Below are positions 20,672-30,195 of a stretch of DNA of 64,000 bases, piece after piece. Position numbers and translations under genes: made by a program. Source of the stretch: a virus; the IMG/VR virus record IMGVR_UViG_3300044646_003076; one strand, 5' to 3'. Under the pieces are notes generated by a model, which searched no databases, was not told the DNA's origin, and saw nothing but the letters and a program-made list of their open reading frames with translations. Position 1 is the first letter of the stretch. Each line of letters begins with the position of its first letter.

Positions 20672-21286
20672 ATGAAACCTCAATTCTTCTCCGCTCAAAT
20701 TCCATTTATGGGATTTTATGGTTCCATTCATTCTGATGTTATTGATCACGAAGAAGAACAACTGTTCACTTCTGATACAGGAAAGTTCTATGATGCACTT
20801 TATGATGACTTTTTTCTTCATGTGAATTGGGAACAAGTTTATCAGAAGTATGCAACAGCTTATTGCGATGAATTCGCTAAGACTTTTGGTATCACTCTTG
20901 ATTTTGAAGAGTTAGTTTCTCCGAGAGAATATAACTTCCAAACCGATCGGATTTTCGCAAAGATTTCAAGGAATGATCTTGCAAAGATTCTTAAAAAAGT
21001 TCGCGGGGAGAAACTGAAGAATACAACCAATAAGCTCTTTTCTTCTCGTTCAGGATTCATTTCTCATTATTCCAATAACATCAGAGATTGGGGTAAAATT
21101 TCTACATGGGATCATAATCAAATCTATGCAATTTTAGTTGCGTTCACTGAATCTTCTTTCTCGGAAGATGAAATCTTGTCTAGTATTATTGTAAACAATG
21201 ATGTTAGTGATTGGATTTATGAATCCGCAGATTATGAAGGTAAACTTGCTGTGAGATTTGCTGACATTATGAGGAGAGTTTATTGA
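20672..21286 (+). CDS. hypothetical protein
   Basis: IPFMGFYGS, SPREYNFQTDRIFAKI; follows class A promoter. Confidence 0.8.
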   Translation: MKPQFFSAQIPFMGFYGSIHSDVIDHEEEQLFTSDTGKFYDALYDDFFLHVNWEQVYQKYATAYCDEFAKTFGITLDFEELVSPREYNFQTDRIFAKISRNDLAKILKKVRGEKLKNTTNKLFSSRSGFISHYSNNIRDWGKISTWDHNQIYAILVAFTESSFSEDEILSSIIVNNDVSDWIYESADYEGKLAVRFADIMRRVY

Positions 21287-21867
21287 TGGTCTGCCTAAAA
21301 ACAACAGAATCAAGAGAATCTGCTGCAAAAAATCCAAACACACCACCAAAAGCCCTAGAACAACTAGCGACCGATGAGGATTATTGGGTTCGTTATTGGG
21401 TAGCACATAATCCAAACACACCACCAAAAGCCCTAGAACAACTAGCGACCGATGAGGATGATTTGATTCGTTATTGGGTAGCACTAAATCCAAACACTCC
21501 ACCAAAAGCCCTAGAACAACTAGCGACCGATGAGGATCTTTATGTTCGTTATTGGGTAGCAGAAAATCCAAACACACCACCAAAAGCCCTAGAACAACTA
21601 GCGACCGATGAGGATTCTAGTGTTCGTTGTTGGGTAGCAGAAAATCCAAACACTCCACCAAAAGCCCTAGAGCTTCTAGCGACCGATAAGAATTCTTCGG
21701 TTCGTCGTGGTGTAGCATATAATCTAAACACTTCTCCAAAAGTCCTAGAACAACTTGCGGCCGATCACGTTTGGGTTATTCGTTGGCGTGTGGCAAAAAA
21801 TCCAAACACACCCCGCTACATCAAAAAGTATCTTAAAATTCAAGAACATCTTATGACACTTCCATAA
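21283..21867 (+). CDS. LRV repeat protein, 6 units + C-tail
   Basis: near-perfect 78-nt units; tail PRYIKKYLKIQEHLMTLP. Confidence 0.9.
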   Translation: MMVCLKTTESRESAAKNPNTPPKALEQLATDEDYWVRYWVAHNPNTPPKALEQLATDEDDLIRYWVALNPNTPPKALEQLATDEDLYVRYWVAENPNTPPKALEQLATDEDSSVRCWVAENPNTPPKALELLATDKNSSVRRGVAYNLNTSPKVLEQLAADHVWVIRWRVAKNPNTPRYIKKYLKIQEHLMTLP

Positions 21868-21934
21868 CTGTCCACCGACCAACATCTTCTTCACTTGACT
21901 CCCGCTATTATGGTAACGCCAACGGAGATTTTCA

Positions 21935-22165
21935 ATGTCTAAACAACTTCACGGTTATTATTCAGAAAAACACGCCACCGATGCGCAAATTGGAGAATAT
22001 TTTGTTTATTTGACTCCAACTGGCGAAAAGGTCATTGTCACATTTGTTTGTGAAGAAAAAGATCCTTCTTCATATTTGTGGGACGACAAAATTTATGTTG
22101 GTATTGTAACCAAAATGGTAAAATCAAAAATAACCTCCTCACCCCGGACCCATGAATTCCTCTGA
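21935..22165 (+). CDS. hypothetical protein
   Basis: RBS ggag. Confidence 0.7.
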   Translation: MSKQLHGYYSEKHATDAQIGEYFVYLTPTGEKVIVTFVCEEKDPSSYLWDDKIYVGIVTKMVKSKITSSPRTHEFL

Positions 22166-22463
22166 ACTGATTCAAGGACAAATTGAAGCATTAATGCCTT
22201 CTTATCTGAGAGCTAAAGAAGAAGCAGATAAGGCAAATGCTACACTAACGTCTATTAAAAATCAAATGATGGAGATTATCGGAAAACCACAAACTGTTAA
22301 TACTACTTGGGGGAAAGTTATTCGCAAAAAAGGCAGTAGAACAGTGGCGGTCAAAGGTGAGGCATTGAAAGCCAAAATCAGCAAAATGAAAGAAGATGCG
22401 ATTAAAACAGGTAAAGCCGAAGAAAAAATCGGTTCGGATTCACTTAATTTTTATCTTACATGA
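22152..22463 (+). CDS. hypothetical coiled-coil protein
   Basis: tiles operon. Confidence 0.7.
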   Translation: MNSSELIQGQIEALMPSYLRAKEEADKANATLTSIKNQMMEIIGKPQTVNTTWGKVIRKKGSRTVAVKGEALKAKISKMKEDAIKTGKAEEKIGSDSLNFYLT

Positions 22464-22672
22464 ATGAAATCTTTATTCCTGGTCAAGTTTGGTTGTTCTT
22501 AGGACACATTCAAGATAAAATGATCTGCAGAGAATGTCAGATTATTGAGATTACAAATAACACTCCTAGCGTTATTCGTTTTAGAGAAACGACTGAGAAT
22601 GTAAATGGAGATTTTTATGAAGGTTGTTTTGACAAACTAATCCGGGAGCCAATTGCTGAAGTGGCACAATAG
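22460..22672 (+). CDS. hypothetical protein
   Basis: tiles operon. Confidence 0.65.
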   Translation: MNEIFIPGQVWLFLGHIQDKMICRECQIIEITNNTPSVIRFRETTENVNGDFYEGCFDKLIREPIAEVAQ

Positions 22673-22727
22673 GCTCACATCAGCTCCAAATTCGGAGTCA
22701 TAATAGATCTGTTCGCAATCATTTCTC

Positions 22728-23204
22728 ATGCACATCTTTGAATTTGGTGTCACCACCTTTATTGATTGGCGAAATGTTGAAACTGTTTATGTGAAAGCAG
22801 CATCTTCATCAGATGCAATAAAATTCATGCACACATTGACGGACGAAGATGATGAGACGAAACCTTATGCAGATTTCAGGTTTCGCACTTCGGTTTCTGA
22901 ATGTTGTCTTCCTGTAGATCCAGAAATTTTGGATGCAACAAAACCGCCATCTTTTGTTCTTGTTATTAGTGAAGAGAAACAAGAATTTGAATGGTTGGAA
23001 TGGTATTCTGTTCGTATGAATGGTAAAATTATTGGTGATATTGCTCGAAACAGAAATGTTCAAGAGAATTATTACTTTAGTGCATACGAAAGTTCTTATT
23101 GTGATCGCGCAAGACTTAATCTGGATTTTAGTGGATCCTTTGATACATTAGAAGAAGCAAAAACCAGAGCTTATGATTATGCAGAATATCTCAATCTTTC
23201 GTGA
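22728..23204 (+). CDS. hypothetical protein
   Basis: follows class A promoter. Confidence 0.7.
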   Translation: MHIFEFGVTTFIDWRNVETVYVKAASSSDAIKFMHTLTDEDDETKPYADFRFRTSVSECCLPVDPEILDATKPPSFVLVISEEKQEFEWLEWYSVRMNGKIIGDIARNRNVQENYYFSAYESSYCDRARLNLDFSGSFDTLEEAKTRAYDYAEYLNLS

Positions 23205-23245
23205 CAATCTGCGCCTCATTCCAACACTCAAAAAATTCTAAAATC

Positions 23246-23452
23246 ATGACACAACTCAATCTCACATCTGGGCAAATTCTTGATATTATGGAGGCTCTAC
23301 GTCATAAATTGATTAATGCTCTCAATAATGAAGATGAGCACTTGGCTGTTTATTATGACAACATGATTAAACAATTTGAGGATGTTTATGATAAGTTACA
23401 GGAGCTTCCTGGTGAAAAGAGAGAAGCTCATCTGATTCTGGCGATGAATTAG
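23246..23452 (+). CDS. hypothetical protein
   Basis: probable start MTQLNL. Confidence 0.7.
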   Translation: MTQLNLTSGQILDIMEALRHKLINALNNEDEHLAVYYDNMIKQFEDVYDKLQELPGEKREAHLILAMN

Positions 23453-23556
23453 GACGGTTCATAAGGTGGCACAATAACTCAGCACGACCAGCAAGAAGGC
23501 GTTATCTTATAAAAGTCAACCGACAACAACCACAACACACCGGAGGAAACTCAATC

Positions 23557-23832
23557 ATGGCTCGTAAATCTGCTACTACCGATCCCAGCATTCAGTCTTT
23601 CGCAACCACCGAAGATCTGAATGGTTATCTTCAGACTCTGGAAGATTCCACCACTAAAGCTGCCACGGAATCGGCCCAGAAAATGGAGACTACCGTAACC
23701 ATCAACGGTAAACCTCTCAAATGCACCGTCACTCCGCCCGCTAGGCCCGGTCGCAAGCCGTACACACTCTTTTATGTGGGTGAGAAGCGGCAGGCCAAAA
23801 AGACCATCCCCACGGTTCTTCTGGTGAGCTGA
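23557..23832 (+). CDS. small basic protein, monocistronic
   Basis: own class A promoter, strong RBS ggagg, own terminator, higher GC. Confidence 0.8.
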   Translation: MARKSATTDPSIQSFATTEDLNGYLQTLEDSTTKAATESAQKMETTVTINGKPLKCTVTPPARPGRKPYTLFYVGEKRQAKKTIPTVLLVS

Positions 23833-23845
23833 GGTAGCTTCAATG

Positions 23846-23880
23846 TCGGGGAGAAAACAATACTCCCCGATATTTTTTTA
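23846..23880 (+). terminator. rho-independent terminator
   Basis: tcggggag/ctccccga stem + T-tract. Confidence 0.8.
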
Positions 23881-23900
23881 TCCATCTAAAAATTCCTGAA

Positions 23901-24212
23901 ATGTCAGAACGAGAAATTCTGTTAGCAAGGCAGATTGAAATTTTGCAACATGGACTAGAAGAAGCCCGATCTGCTCTAGCTCAAATTGCATTCAGAATGG
24001 AACACAGAGCTTATGATTTTCCATATTGTTCTAAAGATTGGGCGAATGACTGTAGAGAAGCAGCAACACGCGCCGATAGTCTTGCTAAAATTCCATTGCC
24101 GAAGATTATTAACACCACTAGACACGATCTAAGTCGGTCATTTAATCATCAAAATACCGCTCCAGATTCTTCAAAAGAAAGACCTCGCCGATGGAATAAT
24201 AAGAAACCTTAG
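23901..24212 (+). CDS. hypothetical protein
   Basis: tiles region. Confidence 0.65.
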   Translation: MSEREILLARQIEILQHGLEEARSALAQIAFRMEHRAYDFPYCSKDWANDCREAATRADSLAKIPLPKIINTTRHDLSRSFNHQNTAPDSSKERPRRWNNKKP

Positions 24213-24409
24213 TATGAATTTTTTAACACGCTCAGACAAGTTCCATGAAATTCCTAATCTATTTGATGATCGCGCTAGGTGTTTATGCTGGTTTCGTTGA
24301 TTCTGGCGCCAAACAAGATGTATCTTTCAACAACGCAATATATTGGCCAATAACACTTCCTTATATGATAACCAAGGACTATCTACAACACAACAAATGA
24401 GGAAAACCC

Positions 24410-24751
24410 ATGCTTTTTTCTAACGATGTTTTCAGAGGAGTGGGAGAATATAGTGGAACATTTCTTCATCATTTCTTCTTAGACTGTGCTGCCAAACACG
24501 ACAAAACAAATCCAGGTTTTATTGAACGAATCGCAGAAAAAGAACAAACTGATATTACATTAACTATTGATGGAGAAGAAGTTGATATAACCGAAACTCT
24601 TCAATTTTACTGGTCACAAATGGATGACATGATTAAAGAGCGAGCATGTAAACTAATGCGAGACAAATTTGTTGATATTAGTGATAATTTACAGATTATT
24701 GAAGACACTGTTCTTTGTAAGATGAAGAATGAACTCGGGATTGATTATTAA
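24410..24751 (+). CDS. hypothetical protein
   Basis: RBS gagg. Confidence 0.7.
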   Translation: MLFSNDVFRGVGEYSGTFLHHFFLDCAAKHDKTNPGFIERIAEKEQTDITLTIDGEEVDITETLQFYWSQMDDMIKERACKLMRDKFVDISDNLQIIEDTVLCKMKNELGIDY

Positions 24752-25353
24752 TGATTATGATGAAGAATGAAGATATTACGAAGCTAACACGTAAAGAAAA
24801 ATGTAATCAAGCTAGAGATCCAAACACCCCATCGGAAGTTTTAGAACATTTAGCAACCGATGTGGATTATTCTGTTCGTTATTGGGTGGCACATAATCCA
24901 AATACGTCACCAAAAGCTCTAGAACAACTAGCGACCGATGTGTATTCTAATGTTCGTTGTGGAGTAGCAGAAAACCCAAACACACCACCAAAAGCCCTAG
25001 AACTTCTAGCGACCGATAAGGATCATTTTGTTCGTTGTGATGTAGCAAGAAATCCAAACACTCCACCAACAACATTGGAACTTCTAGCTACTGATAGGTG
25101 TGGTTATGTTCGTTGGGATGTAGCACAAAATCCAAACACTCAACCAAAAAGTCTAGAGCAATTAGCGACCGATAGGTATTATGATGTTCGTCGTGGTGTA
25201 GCAGAAAACCCAAACACACCACCAAAAGCCCTAGAACAACTAGCGACCGATGAGTATTATGGGGTTCGTTATTTTGTAGCACAAAATCCAAACACACCAC
25301 ACTACATCAAAAAGTATCTTAAAATTCAAGAACATCTGAGGACACTTCAATAA
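24751..25353 (+). CDS. LRV repeat protein, 6 units + C-tail
   Basis: canonical units; tail PHYIKKYLKIQEHLRTLQ. Confidence 0.9.
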   Translation: MIMMKNEDITKLTRKEKCNQARDPNTPSEVLEHLATDVDYSVRYWVAHNPNTSPKALEQLATDVYSNVRCGVAENPNTPPKALELLATDKDHFVRCDVARNPNTPPTTLELLATDRCGYVRWDVAQNPNTQPKSLEQLATDRYYDVRRGVAENPNTPPKALEQLATDEYYGVRYFVAQNPNTPHYIKKYLKIQEHLRTLQ

Positions 25354-25419
25354 CTGTCACAATAACCACTCGTTACACCATAGAAATCTGCTAGTATTCA
25401 ACTACAAACCGATCTTCTC

Positions 25420-25581
25420 ATGTCAACACGAATTCTTCCCCACTACAATCCACCACACCGCTCTTTTGGTGGATTTATTCGCTTTCTTCGTAGCGTTATT
25501 AATATTTTGTTGTTGCTAATTGGCTTTATCATCGCATTTTATCTCATAGTCGCTCTTTTGTCATTTTTGTGGTTTCAATAA
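25420..25581 (+). CDS. 53-aa membrane peptide
   Basis: follows class A promoter; C-terminal TM helix. Confidence 0.5.
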   Translation: MSTRILPHYNPPHRSFGGFIRFLRSVINILLLLIGFIIAFYLIVALLSFLWFQ

Positions 25582-25864
25582 TTAAAGGAAATGTTATTGG
25601 AATTATTGGATGCATTCTAATCACACTCATCGTAATCATAGTCACTTATCTAGTGGAAGCCTATAAAAACTACTAATTTATGATAAGTCTAGCAATTTAT
25701 GTCATTTTGTTTCTTCTACTGATCATCTTATATTGTGCAGGTTCATTAATGATTTTTTTGATTATTGAAATCCTAAATGATTAATGTGCCAGTTGAGCTA
25801 GTGTCCACTCTGGCGGCCGTTATTCCGATAAAAGTGTTATAATTAAAAAGTCTTCAAATCTTCA

Positions 25865-26080
25865 GTGAAACTCATGTTTGGCAACACACTCACAATCTAC
25901 ATGAAAAGTGGCAACAAAATTGTGCTGCCCTTTATTTCCGAATATGCCTTTAGATCAGATGGTGAATCTATCACTTATATTAAAATCACGAGAATTTGGT
26001 GGCTTGAATGGTTGTCACGTCAAAAGTTAATCGTTGAAACAATCAATCTGAGACAGATTGAAGCGGTCAGTGTAAAATAA
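25865..26080 (+). CDS. hypothetical protein
   Basis: follows class A promoter. Confidence 0.65.
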   Translation: MKLMFGNTLTIYMKSGNKIVLPFISEYAFRSDGESITYIKITRIWWLEWLSRQKLIVETINLRQIEAVSVK

Positions 26081-26120
26081 TAATTATCAAACTGATTAAA
26101 CACTCCACTCCATACCATCC

Positions 26121-27506
26121 ATGAAACTTCAAGAAATTATTGCCCGTCTGAACACCAAAGAAGAACCCTATTCCGGTGAAGATCTTCAAAAGGAGCTTGG
26201 TCACCAAAATCCAGTGGATCTTTCAATCTTTGGTTTCACTATTCGCACGATCAAGAAATATAGCACTTCCGTAAGAGCTGCCTATAAACTCATTTACCAT
26301 AGTGGTGTTCCAATTTGTATTGCTCATTATTATCAATCATTTCAATATTTTTTGGTTGATTATACGTGGATCAGTGAAGAGATCTATTGGAATATCCTGA
26401 AAATTATTAAAAATATTCACTCTCAAGATATTCGTCTTATTGATCAAAATGAAGAATGGGATCCCGTTGATATTGAACTGGAACCAATTAGTGAAATTAT
26501 TCTGTCCGAAAGACAGAAACTTGAACTGGCAAAAAATCCAAATACTTCTTCTGGATTGTTGGAGTTTCTTGCATCCGATGAGAATGAAGAGGTTCGTTCG
26601 GGAGTAGCACAAAATCCCAATACTCCACCAAAAGTCCTAGAACAACTAGCGACCGATGAGTATTCTTATGTTCGTTGTTGTGTAGCACATAATCCAAATA
26701 CTTCAACAAAAACACTAGAACAACTAGCGACCGATAAGGATTATTGGGTTCGTTGGAGAGTAGCAAAACATCCAAACACATCACCGAAAGTTCTGGAACG
26801 ACTAGCAACAGAAGAGACTGATATTAATGATTATGTTCGTCATGCTGTAGCAGAAAACCCAAATACCCCATCAGAGTTCCTAGTACGTCTAGTAACCAAA
26901 GCTACAGGAGCGTCCGATGTTGATGTTTATATTCGTCGGGGAGTAGCAGGAAATCCAAACACACCATCACCAACATTAGAAGTTCTAGTGACCGATGAAA
27001 ATGATAATGTTCGGAAACTAGCGACCGAAAATCTTAAATCAAGGAATGAAGAGGTTCGTCGGTATGTGGCAGGAAATCCAAACACACCACGTACAACATT
27101 AGAAGTTCTAGCGACCGATGATGATGATTATGTTCGTTGGTTTGTAGCACAAAATCCAAACACACCACCAGAACTTCTAGAAGTGTTGGCGAATGATGAG
27201 GCTCTTAATGTTCGTTGGTTTGTAGCAAAAAATCCAAACACACAGTCAAAAGCCTTAGAACTTCTAGCAATCAATAAGGATTTTGGTGAGCATCATTGGG
27301 GAATTCACTGTGGAGTAGCAGAGCACCCAAACACTCCATTAAAAACTTTAGAACTTTTTGTGACCCATAATAATGGTGCAGTTCGTTATTGTGTGGCAGG
27401 AAATCCAAAAACACCAACCGAAGTCTTAGAAGTGTTGGTTAATGATGAGTTTCTTAATGTTCGGGAACGAGCGACCGAAAATCTTAAATCAAGGACGGTT
27501 GCTTAA
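26121..27506 (+). CDS. fusion of N-terminal domain (paralog of 31960 gene) and about 11 LRV units
   Basis: N-term aligns with 31960-32535; LRV array from about 26515. Confidence 0.85.
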   Translation: MKLQEIIARLNTKEEPYSGEDLQKELGHQNPVDLSIFGFTIRTIKKYSTSVRAAYKLIYHSGVPICIAHYYQSFQYFLVDYTWISEEIYWNILKIIKNIHSQDIRLIDQNEEWDPVDIELEPISEIILSERQKLELAKNPNTSSGLLEFLASDENEEVRSGVAQNPNTPPKVLEQLATDEYSYVRCCVAHNPNTSTKTLEQLATDKDYWVRWRVAKHPNTSPKVLERLATEETDINDYVRHAVAENPNTPSEFLVRLVTKATGASDVDVYIRRGVAGNPNTPSPTLEVLVTDENDNVRKLATENLKSRNEEVRRYVAGNPNTPRTTLEVLATDDDDYVRWFVAQNPNTPPELLEVLANDEALNVRWFVAKNPNTQSKALELLAINKDFGEHHWGIHCGVAEHPNTPLKTLELFVTHNNGAVRYCVAGNPKTPTEVLEVLVNDEFLNVRERATENLKSRTVA

Positions 27507-27574
27507 CTGTCCACCGATGCCACCAGTGACTCGGTAACCATCTTATATTGATTCTGTTACCGAGAGATTTTCTC

Positions 27575-27949
27575 ATGCCACTCACACCAGAAGAGATGGA
27601 AACGTTGGATCTTCGTTCGCCACGATGGCTTGAAGATCCTATTTCTTTCGTTGATAAGTATCATACGGATAATGAGATTGCTGATCTTTTGATGAGTGAT
27701 AGGGAAGTTCTAAAAACTTTTCTTTCTACACTCGGTTGTAGTCTCTCTAATCGTCAAGTGAGAGAAAGTGCTAATTCCGCTACAAGATGGGTTAATGATC
27801 TTAATTCATGTGAAGAGACAGAAGGTCTAACTGATGATATGAAACTATGGCGAGTTGGTAACAAAGCTATTCTGGCATGGCTAAATTCTCACAGAGCCAA
27901 GCGATCAACCTATAGCACAACAAATCCGAATCAATATCGCAGACAATAA
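27575..27949 (+). CDS. hypothetical protein
   Basis: probable start MPLTPEE. Confidence 0.7.
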   Translation: MPLTPEEMETLDLRSPRWLEDPISFVDKYHTDNEIADLLMSDREVLKTFLSTLGCSLSNRQVRESANSATRWVNDLNSCEETEGLTDDMKLWRVGNKAILAWLNSHRAKRSTYSTTNPNQYRRQ

Positions 27950-27985
27950 TAACATCAATTTCATTCATTTATCATCAACAAAATC

Positions 27986-28312
27986 ATGATCTTTACTAAA
28001 GAGGATGTTTTCAAACTCACTAATCTTCTTAATGAAAAATTGGGAGATTTTGGGTATTTTAAAGTTTCCTACACTGCTCTAGGTGGTGCAGATCGGGCAT
28101 CACTGTTTGTTCATTCTTCAAGACAAAAAGAAAAAGAATGGATCTATGGCATTTATCATAACAGTGATTATGCGATCTTTTGTTTAGATTATCTCGGTAA
28201 AATGGAGATTACTAGCAGGCATTATCAGATGCCAAAGATGCGCAAATGTAACATCAAATCTCTTGAAGATGCCGCCGATAGAATTGCCAAATATCTTCTT
28301 GGCGTCCCATAA
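27986..28312 (+). CDS. hypothetical protein
   Basis: tiles operon. Confidence 0.75.
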   Translation: MIFTKEDVFKLTNLLNEKLGDFGYFKVSYTALGGADRASLFVHSSRQKEKEWIYGIYHNSDYAIFCLDYLGKMEITSRHYQMPKMRKCNIKSLEDAADRIAKYLLGVP

Positions 28313-28319
28313 TAACATC

Positions 28320-28550
28320 ATGTATCTTTATACAGTTGAAATTCATTACCAATATAACGACAAGATTGTACAACTTGTTTGTATTCACGATGCGTTGTCT
28401 TATCTCATATACACTTTTGATAAAACAGAAGATATTCTTGAATATACAATTAGTTGTGGCACAAATACGTTATTGACCAAAGAATTTTTTAGTTTTCGGT
28501 GCGATAAACTTGTAACGGAATTTCATTTTGAAGATCCTTATCTAGTGTGA
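28320..28550 (+). CDS. hypothetical protein
   Basis: probable start MYLYTV. Confidence 0.6.
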   Translation: MYLYTVEIHYQYNDKIVQLVCIHDALSYLIYTFDKTEDILEYTISCGTNTLLTKEFFSFRCDKLVTEFHFEDPYLV

Positions 28551-28631
28551 CACTTCAATAACTGACACACACTATATGCTTTCAGTGTCTCAGTAGTGCT
28601 ACAGTTCTTTTGTTACTAAAGGAGTTTAAAG

Positions 28632-29048
28632 ATGACATCCACAGACGAACTCAATTCAGTCATTGAATTTGCAGAAAAAGCCGAAAGGTACGATCTTTTT
28701 GATATCATTCGGGCTTGCCAGAAGATTCGCAAGCTAGGTGAAGGTTCATACTCTAAAATGATTCTCACAGGGAAATTAGATTTTTGGGACTATGGTGTAG
28801 GATTCCTTAACTTTGAAATTAGACATTATTATCATACCACAGAAAAACAACACTACTCTCGTATTTGGTTTGCTACGATTGATGATGGAGATATGGGTGC
28901 ATGGGTTCCTTTCTCAAGTAAAGAAGAAGTCATTGTGTTTAATGATAAATTCGCGGAACAATACTTGAAAGACTTATCAATTTTTCCGACTCTTGAAGAG
29001 TTGAATAAACAATTGCGACCCTTTGGGATTTACATTACACGCGAATAA
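28632..29048 (+). CDS. hypothetical protein
   Basis: RBS aaggag. Confidence 0.75.
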   Translation: MTSTDELNSVIEFAEKAERYDLFDIIRACQKIRKLGEGSYSKMILTGKLDFWDYGVGFLNFEIRHYYHTTEKQHYSRIWFATIDDGDMGAWVPFSSKEEVIVFNDKFAEQYLKDLSIFPTLEELNKQLRPFGIYITRE

Positions 29049-29074
29049 TTTAAACAAACAATCTTTAACTTATT

Positions 29075-29452
29075 ATGAACGACCAACTTCAAGCACAACT
29101 TTCTCGGGTTCTTACACAGATTATGGTATCTGTGGGAGAAGTCAAAGATTTCTCTGTTGCACAACTTCCAGATATTGTTCAACAGTATATCCAATATGGA
29201 ATCTACTCATCTATTTTCTATTCTGTAATTGCTTTTCTGGTTTTTATTGTATGTGTGATTGGTTCTCATAAAGTTTTGAAATATATTAAACAAAAAGGGC
29301 GAGATAATGGTATTTCTCTTTTTATTGCATTTTTTATTGCTATCGGACTTATCAGTATAGTTGCATTCATTGTGAACATTCACAGTTTGATTATGGTTCT
29401 CACTGCACCTAAGGTGTGGTTCATTCTTGAAATCAAAAACCTTCTTTCCTAA
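29075..29452 (+). CDS. membrane protein
   Basis: two TM segments; ends APKVWFILEIKNLL. Confidence 0.75.
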   Translation: MNDQLQAQLSRVLTQIMVSVGEVKDFSVAQLPDIVQQYIQYGIYSSIFYSVIAFLVFIVCVIGSHKVLKYIKQKGRDNGISLFIAFFIAIGLISIVAFIVNIHSLIMVLTAPKVWFILEIKNLLS

Positions 29453-29790
29453 AAGTTTTAGCGATAGATCCGAAATGGTATATTCGGTATCGTGTAGCAA
29501 AGAATCCTAAAACATCGAAAGAAACTCTAGGGATTCTGGCTGCAGATGAAGATTTTAGTATTCGTTTTACTGTGACACAACATCCACATTTAAGTCAAAA
29601 AACCCTAAAAATCCTAGCGTCAGAGGAAGAATATCGTGTTCGTGATGAGGTGGCCTTGCACCCAAACACTTCAACCGAAACACTAGAGATTCTAGCGACA
29701 GATTGTGATTACCGGGTTCGGAGAAATGCAAAGATGCACCCTAATTATAAGATTTCTCGTTGGAATTTTTTGAAGTTTCTGTTCGGGTGA
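29452..29790 (+). pseudogene. 5'-truncated LRV repeat gene (about 4 units, no start codon)
   Basis: frame open from 29431 (KVLAIDPKWYIRYRVAKNPKT...) without ATG; abuts upstream stop. Confidence 0.6.
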
Positions 29791-29873
29791 GTGTCGGTTC
29801 GGCAAGTGGCACAGTCCGAACGTAGCTGGCCCAGAAGAGCTGCTATATTGATTTTGTTCCCAAAGGAAATTCC

Positions 29874-30158
29874 ATGTCACTCTCACCAGAATGGACTAAA
29901 GTTCTTGAGGCTCATTGCAAAAGAGTTGTAGACAACATGAGTTTTGAAGAACTGAAGGCTTATGCCCGACAAATGATGAGTTCTTCGTTTTTGGGTGATG
30001 GTCGTGATTTTCTAGATACTCAGGAAGATCTTGTAGAAGATATTGTAGAACATTGTAACACACACGAAGAAAATGGAGTTTTAGCAGCTAGACAATTTAT
30101 TATTGGTTGTGGTGTTTCTGAAGAAGACGCCGATAATGCCTTGATTGATTATAATTAA
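29874..30158 (+). CDS. hypothetical protein
   Basis: follows class A promoter. Confidence 0.75.
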   Translation: MSLSPEWTKVLEAHCKRVVDNMSFEELKAYARQMMSSSFLGDGRDFLDTQEDLVEDIVEHCNTHEENGVLAARQFIIGCGVSEEDADNALIDYN

Positions 30159-30195
30159 TCTTACTTCTTAACATTCACATCGCTAATTTCTTTCC

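Noticed and set aside
75-26808. Minus-strand ORFs over LRV genes (e.g. 75-269, 8621-8881, 8689-8964, 10710-10964, 19119-19592, 21134-21583, 25088-25300, 26497-26808)
   Set aside because: Shadow frames kept open by the repetitive sense-strand codons; no RBS or promoters.
1-29790. Diversity-generating retroelement acting on LRV genes
   Set aside because: No reverse transcriptase or template/variable repeat pair in the window; the adenine-rich scaffold is invariant while variation includes non-A positions, opposite to DGR A-specific mutagenesis. An RT elsewhere cannot be excluded.
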